Part shown: positions 59,275-64,000 of the stretch, piece by piece | Layout: each line of letters opens with the position of its first letter | Numbering within the stretch: the first letter of the stretch is position 1 | Source of the DNA: Deltaproteobacteria bacterium | Lineage (GTDB): Bacteria; Myxococcota_A; Polyangia; Fen-1088 | Length of the DNA: 64,000 bases | Direction: 5' to 3' | NCBI GenBank assembly: GCA_033763315.1 | Contig: JANRKS010000032.1 | Location: forward strand, 160,001 to 224,000 | Program-made: the position numbers and the translations under genes | Notes under the pieces: generated by a model | What the model saw: the letters and a program-made list of their open reading frames with translations, nothing else | What the model was told of the DNA's origin: nothing | Databases searched by the model: none

Positions 59275-59664
59275 TTAGAACGCGGCGCCGCGAAGCTCTG
59301 CTTCTGCGCGGAACCAGTGTTCTTGATCGCGTCCGTGCTGGTAGCCCTCGCTGACGTAAATCTCGTAAGCCTTGCGAGCCACCACTTCGGTTGACACCGG
59401 CGAGGCCACTGACGTAAGCGATACCGCTGCGCCTGCTTCCGGAGCCGGCGATGCCGCTTTTGCCTTCGCAGGTGCGCTGGCTTTGGCCTTCGGGGCCGCC
59501 GCCTTGGCTGGCGCCGCCTTGGGCTCGGCCCCTTTGGCCGCCACACCCTTCGCTGCCACACCCTTCGCCACCACCGCCGCCTCTGCTGCCTTGGCGGGGG
59601 CTGCCTTCACTTGCTTGCCCGCGTTCGCCTTGACCACCGTTTTCTTCGTCGTCTTCTCGGTCAT
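59275..59664 (-). CDS. DUF2934 protein with Ala/Lys-rich histone-H1-like N-terminus
   Basis: AAKGV repeats; ARKAYEIYVSEG..HGRDQEHWFRAEAEL; GGAGGG SD. Confidence 0.85.
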   Translation of the reverse strand: MTEKTTKKTVVKANAGKQVKAAPAKAAEAAVVAKGVAAKGVAAKGAEPKAAPAKAAAPKAKASAPAKAKAASPAPEAGAAVSLTSVASPVSTEVVARKAYEIYVSEGYQHGRDQEHWFRAEAELRGAAF

Positions 59665-59862
59665 CAACACACCCTCCCCTTGTGAACGCCCTCTACCCTG
59701 CTGTAGCCCGGCAAAGAGGTCAAGTTTCGATTTGGGGCCGCGAAAAAGTTTCGTGGTTGGCGTTAACAAACCTGAAATACTCGGCTTTCAGAAGATTGGA
59801 CTTATCTTGTAACCGTTTGGTGCCGATGACCCATATGGTTCCATCGCAGTGGCCTATGGGGG

Positions 59863-60516
59863 ATGAGAATGAGGCTTGTTCGCGGGCGTCGGAAGACGGA
59901 AGAGCTGGATCTGAGCCAGGAAATTGGCCGCTTAAAAGCGGAGAACGCGGCTTTGCACGAAGAGTTGGTGGAACTGCGCCAGCTGCGCGAGGCTGCCTAT
60001 CGCGACCCTGTGACCGGGCTCCGCAACCGTCGCTATTTCGAGGAACGTCTGCAGGAAGAGCTCGGCCGCCTGGCTCGCTATCCAGACAAAACGGGGTCTT
60101 TGCTTGTGGTCGACCTGGACGACTTTAAACAGATCAACGACACCCACGGGCATTTGATGGGCGATCAGATCCTGCGCGAGGTGGCTGAACTGATGAGCCA
60201 GACCTTGCGCCTCGAAGACGTGTGTTGCCGGTTTGGTGGCGACGAATTTGCCGTGATTCTGCCTGAAACCTCCGGGGACGCGGTGGAGCACGTCGTGTCG
60301 CGCATCATGCGAGCTTTGGACGAACGCAACCTGAACACGTCCTTGCCACTGTTTCTGTCGGTGGGAGCGGCGTCGTGGCCAGAGGCGGGGCGAGACGCTG
60401 GGTCGCTGATCGAAAAGGCCGACACCAGCATGTACAGCCGCAAACGTGAGGGCAAACGCGCCCGCACGCCCGTGCCCCCTCCCTTGGACGCGCCCCCTAG
60501 ACTTTCCTTGGTGTGA
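59863..60516 (+). CDS. diguanylate cyclase (coiled coil + GGDEF)
   Basis: DPVTGLRNRR, DLDDFKQIND..GH..GD, RLED I-site, GGDEF. Confidence 0.93.
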   Translation: MRMRLVRGRRKTEELDLSQEIGRLKAENAALHEELVELRQLREAAYRDPVTGLRNRRYFEERLQEELGRLARYPDKTGSLLVVDLDDFKQINDTHGHLMGDQILREVAELMSQTLRLEDVCCRFGGDEFAVILPETSGDAVEHVVSRIMRALDERNLNTSLPLFLSVGAASWPEAGRDAGSLIEKADTSMYSRKREGKRARTPVPPPLDAPPRLSLV

Positions 60517-60798
60517 AAGGCGGCAAAAGGTCCCCCAGCCGTTGCCGGCGTGTTTCGCGCATTTGCGCTTTCTGTGGCGCGTCGCGACATGGGCGTGGGA
60601 TCTCGTTAAGCGGTGCGGAATTTTTAGGGCCTAGCCCTTTCACCACGGGCGAACCGTCGACTACAATAACCGCCCTGCCGGCCCCCACCCGGGGCGCCAC
60701 CATCATGTCCCATACACACTCGCGTCCTCAGTCCTCTCGCTTGCCGTTGCTCGTCAGCGGTCACCGCACGTCCGCCGCCCAAGGCCAAGGGCTTCGCC

Positions 60799-63732
60799 AT
60801 GTCTGATGGCTTATCGCCTCACAACTGGGAAGTGTCACCGTCCAACCTAGATTGGGTGGAGTCACTTTACCTCGCCTTTCGCGACGATCCCGCCTCGGTC
60901 GAGCCGCAGTGGCGCGCGGCTTTCGAGCGCGTGGATCGCGGTGAGCCGTTGTGGCTTGAACCTGTCTATGTGCCTCCGCCCGCACCGGCCATCACAAACG
61001 GTCACAGCACCAATGGCGCCAGCATCGCCAATGGGTACACGAATGGCCACGAAGTGTTGGCGCCCGCCAAGCCTGCGGCCGTCATGTCGATTGATGACTT
61101 GGACGACGTGGGCGCGGTGGCGGCTCATCGTGCGCGCGGTGGCAAACGCATTCGGCGTTTGATCGAGGATTACCGCGAACTTGGCCACATGGCCGCGAAG
61201 TTAGATCCGTTGGATCTTATGGATCGCGGCGCCAACGAAGTGCGCTTGGCGGATTATGGTTTGGGGATTGATGACCTTGACACCGTGGTCAAGGTGGACG
61301 ACGACGGCGGCCTCGTTTCAGGCCCGCTCAAAGACGTTCTTGAGCACCTGCGCGAAACGTATTGCCGCCACATCGGCGTGGAGCTTGCGCACATTCACGA
61401 CAACGAGCTGCGCCGCTGGTTGCAGCACCGTGTGGAAGAAACGCGCAACCGCCTGACGTTGTCGCGGGCCGAACGGTTGCATCTGTTGGCGAAGGTCACA
61501 GAAGCTGAAGTGTTCGAGCTGTTCTTGCAAACGAAGTTCACAGGCGCCAAGCGGTTCTCGCTTGAAGGCGCCGAGAGCATGATCCCGATGATGGATCGAA
61601 TCATCGATCGCGCGGCCGCCCAAGGCGTCAAAGAGATCGTGATCGCCATGGCCCACCGTGGCCGCTTGAACATGTTGGCGAACACGTTGGGCAAACCACC
61701 CGCCGAGATCTTCGCCGAGTTCTTAGACAAGGCCAGCGCCATCCAGTGGGATCCAGGCGGAGACGTCAAATACCACTTGGGCTTCTCGGCCGATCGTGTG
61801 ACTTCGTCGGGCAACAAGGTTCACTTGTCGTTGGGTTTTAACCCCAGCCATTTGGAAGCGGTGAACACGGTTGTGCAGGGCCGTGTGCGCGCCAAGCAAG
61901 ATCGCATGGGCGATAAAGATCGTTCGCGCGGCTTGCCAATCTTGATCCACGGCGACGCGGCGTTTGCGGGCCAAGGCGTGATCTACGAGGCCTTCAATAT
62001 GTCGGGCTTGGACGCCTACGACGTGGGCGGCACGATCCACATCGTGGTGAACAACCAAATTGGTTTCACCGCACGGCCCGAGCAAACTTACAGCACAACG
62101 TACTCCACCGACGTGGGCCGCATGCTGCAGGTGCCCATCTTCCACGTGAACGCGGAGGATCCCGAAGCGCTGGCGCAGGTGGTGGACGTGGCGGTGGATT
62201 TCCGCCAACGCTTTCACCGCGACGTGATCATCGACATGTGGTGCTACCGCAAACTGGGGCACAACGAGAGCGATGAACCAAGCTACACGCAGCCGTTGAT
62301 GTACCGGCGCATCGCCAGCAAGAAGCCCGTGCGTGATGCGTTCGTTGATCACTTCAAAAGTTCGACGCCGGCGGGTGAGCAGCCCATCTCGCTTGAGGAC
62401 GCGGAGGCCGCGGCGGCGAAGAAGCGTCAAGAGCTTGAAGAAGCGCTCAAGACCGCTCAAACGCTGCAGCAGCCGCCCATCCCCAGCACGTTCGCGGGCA
62501 TTTGGTCGCGCGTGCGTGGTGGGAGGGAGCCGCTTGATAAACCGGTAGACACGCGCGTGTCGCGTGAAGCGTTGGAGACGGTGGGCGTTGCGTTGGCCAC
62601 GGTGCCGCCCAAGTTTACGCCGCACCCGAAGTTGAAGCGCCTGCTGCAAACGCGCCGTGAGATGGCCACGGGCGAGCGCCCCGCAGATTGGGGCATGGGT
62701 GAAGCGCTGGCGTTTGGCTCGCTTGTGGGCGAAGGCATCCGCGTGCGCATGTCGGGCCAAGACGTGCGGCGTGGCACGTTCTCTCATCGTCACGCCACAC
62801 TCATCGACTACGAGACGGGCGAAGAATACACCTCGCTTGAACATCTCTCGGCCGACCAAGGCAAGTTCCAGATCTACGACAGCTTGCTGTCGGAGTACGG
62901 CGTGCTTGGTTTCGAATATGGCTACAGCTTGGACACGCCCGATGGTTTGGTGGTCTGGGAAGCGCAGTTCGGCGATTTCGTGAACGGCGCGCAGGTCATC
63001 ATCGATCAGTTCTTGGTGTCGTCTGAATCGAAGTGGCGCCGTGTGAGCGGGCTTGTGCTTTCGTTGCCGCACGGCATGGAAGGGCAGGGGCCGGAACACT
63101 CAAGCGCACGGCTTGAGCGCTTCTTGAACATGTCGACAAACGACAACATTCAAGTGTGCAACTTCACCACGCCCGCGCAGTACTTCCATGCGTTGCGACG
63201 GCAAGTGCTGCGGCCTTACCGCAAGCCGTTGATCATCATGTCGCCTAAATCGTTGTTGCGACATCCACAGGCGGTTTCGCCTTTGGAAGATTTCTACAAC
63301 GGCCAGTTCCAAGCGGTGATTCCCGATACGGAAGCGGATCCGGCGAAGGTCACACGCATCCTGCTTTGCAGTGGCAAGATCTATTACGACCTGGCGGCCG
63401 CGCGCAAAGAGAACAACATCGAGAACGTGGCCATTTTGCGCATCGAGCAGTTGGCGCCGTTGCGTGTTGATGAGATCCTTGATGCGCTTTCGGATTACCA
63501 AGAAGGCGCGCAATGCATCTGGGTGCAAGAAGAGCACCGCAATATGGGCGCGTGGAACTACATGGAACGCCAGCTCCGCCCAATCGTGTTGTCGTTCTTC
63601 CGTTGGAGCGGCATCAGCCGGCCCGCCTCGGCGTCGCCCGCCACCGGCTCGAACACGCGCCACAAACTTGAACATGCCCACTTAGTCAGGCAAGCGTTGG
63701 GCATCTCAATCCCCAAGCCTGCCACCCCTTAA
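60799..63732 (+). CDS. sucA: 2-oxoglutarate dehydrogenase E1
   Basis: KRFSLEG, MAHRGRLN, DVKYHLG, HGDAAFAGQG, WEAQFGDF, GQGPEHSSARLERFL. Confidence 0.97.
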   Translation: MSDGLSPHNWEVSPSNLDWVESLYLAFRDDPASVEPQWRAAFERVDRGEPLWLEPVYVPPPAPAITNGHSTNGASIANGYTNGHEVLAPAKPAAVMSIDDLDDVGAVAAHRARGGKRIRRLIEDYRELGHMAAKLDPLDLMDRGANEVRLADYGLGIDDLDTVVKVDDDGGLVSGPLKDVLEHLRETYCRHIGVELAHIHDNELRRWLQHRVEETRNRLTLSRAERLHLLAKVTEAEVFELFLQTKFTGAKRFSLEGAESMIPMMDRIIDRAAAQGVKEIVIAMAHRGRLNMLANTLGKPPAEIFAEFLDKASAIQWDPGGDVKYHLGFSADRVTSSGNKVHLSLGFNPSHLEAVNTVVQGRVRAKQDRMGDKDRSRGLPILIHGDAAFAGQGVIYEAFNMSGLDAYDVGGTIHIVVNNQIGFTARPEQTYSTTYSTDVGRMLQVPIFHVNAEDPEALAQVVDVAVDFRQRFHRDVIIDMWCYRKLGHNESDEPSYTQPLMYRRIASKKPVRDAFVDHFKSSTPAGEQPISLEDAEAAAAKKRQELEEALKTAQTLQQPPIPSTFAGIWSRVRGGREPLDKPVDTRVSREALETVGVALATVPPKFTPHPKLKRLLQTRREMATGERPADWGMGEALAFGSLVGEGIRVRMSGQDVRRGTFSHRHATLIDYETGEEYTSLEHLSADQGKFQIYDSLLSEYGVLGFEYGYSLDTPDGLVVWEAQFGDFVNGAQVIIDQFLVSSESKWRRVSGLVLSLPHGMEGQGPEHSSARLERFLNMSTNDNIQVCNFTTPAQYFHALRRQVLRPYRKPLIIMSPKSLLRHPQAVSPLEDFYNGQFQAVIPDTEADPAKVTRILLCSGKIYYDLAAARKENNIENVAILRIEQLAPLRVDEILDALSDYQEGAQCIWVQEEHRNMGAWNYMERQLRPIVLSFFRWSGISRPASASPATGSNTRHKLEHAHLVRQALGISIPKPATP

Positions 63733-63766
63733 CACTCCATAAACGAGACGACGAAGCGAACCCGAC

Positions 63767-64000
63767 ATGAGCACCCAAACGGTCAAGATCCCCCAAATCG
63801 GCGAGTCAGTTACCGAAGTTACAATCGGCGCCTGGAAGCTGACCGAGGGCCAATCGGTGAAGACGGATCAACCGTTGGTTGATGTGGAAAGCGACAAGGC
63901 TTCGGTTGAAGTGCCTTCGCCTGCGGGTGGGGTGCTGCGAAAGATCTTGGTGGCGGCCGGCGAAACCGCGCGCATCGGGCAAGTGATCGCAGAGATCGAA
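63767..64000 (+). CDS. sucB: dihydrolipoamide succinyltransferase E2 (partial, lipoyl domain)
   Basis: MSTQTVKIPQIGESVTE...VESDKASVEVPSP; follows sucA; runs off the window. Confidence 0.92.
   Translation, partial: MSTQTVKIPQIGESVTEVTIGAWKLTEGQSVKTDQPLVDVESDKASVEVPSPAGGVLRKILVAAGETARIGQVIAEIE

Noticed and set aside
61723-63099. Long antisense ORFs (here 458 aa; also 31679-32971, 28717-29769, 46864-47796 and many others)
   Set aside because: Shadow frames of well-supported genes in GC-rich DNA, with no recognisable motifs.

Overview
GC-rich bacterial chromosome segment that looks like Myxococcota (inferred from Cys-rich surface lipoproteins, PEGA/TPR and VWA proteins, a DUF1592/DUF1552 pair and a sigma-54 activator). 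It holds about 57 CDS. Housekeeping genes are rnhB, hemJ, coaE, engB, rimI, def, gltX, prmC, ftsH, sucA and the start of sucB. The rest are signalling genes, two toxin-antitoxin modules and many envelope proteins. No rRNA, tRNA, CRISPR array, integrase or transposase was seen. Most notable: (1) one ORF joins the inner-membrane channel MscL, a Zn ribbon, an internal cleavable-looking signal peptide and a DUF481/YdiY-like outer-membrane barrel, a candidate trans-envelope osmotic valve or polyprotein; (2) a PhoB-like regulator with 11-bp-periodic Pho-box-like arrays precedes a TonB-ExbB-ExbD-ExbD-TBDR-lipoprotein operon whose receptor gene is a compositional mosaic; (3) many genes have a TANNNT -10 element 6-8 nt before the start codon, suggesting widespread leaderless transcription; (4) a VWA-PEGA-giant Cys-repeat lipoprotein cluster; (5) a HEPN toxin cut short by a single nonsense codon; (6) a 157-bp multi-hairpin intergenic element closed by 10-bp inverted repeats. 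Family assignments were made by eye from motifs; no database searches were run.
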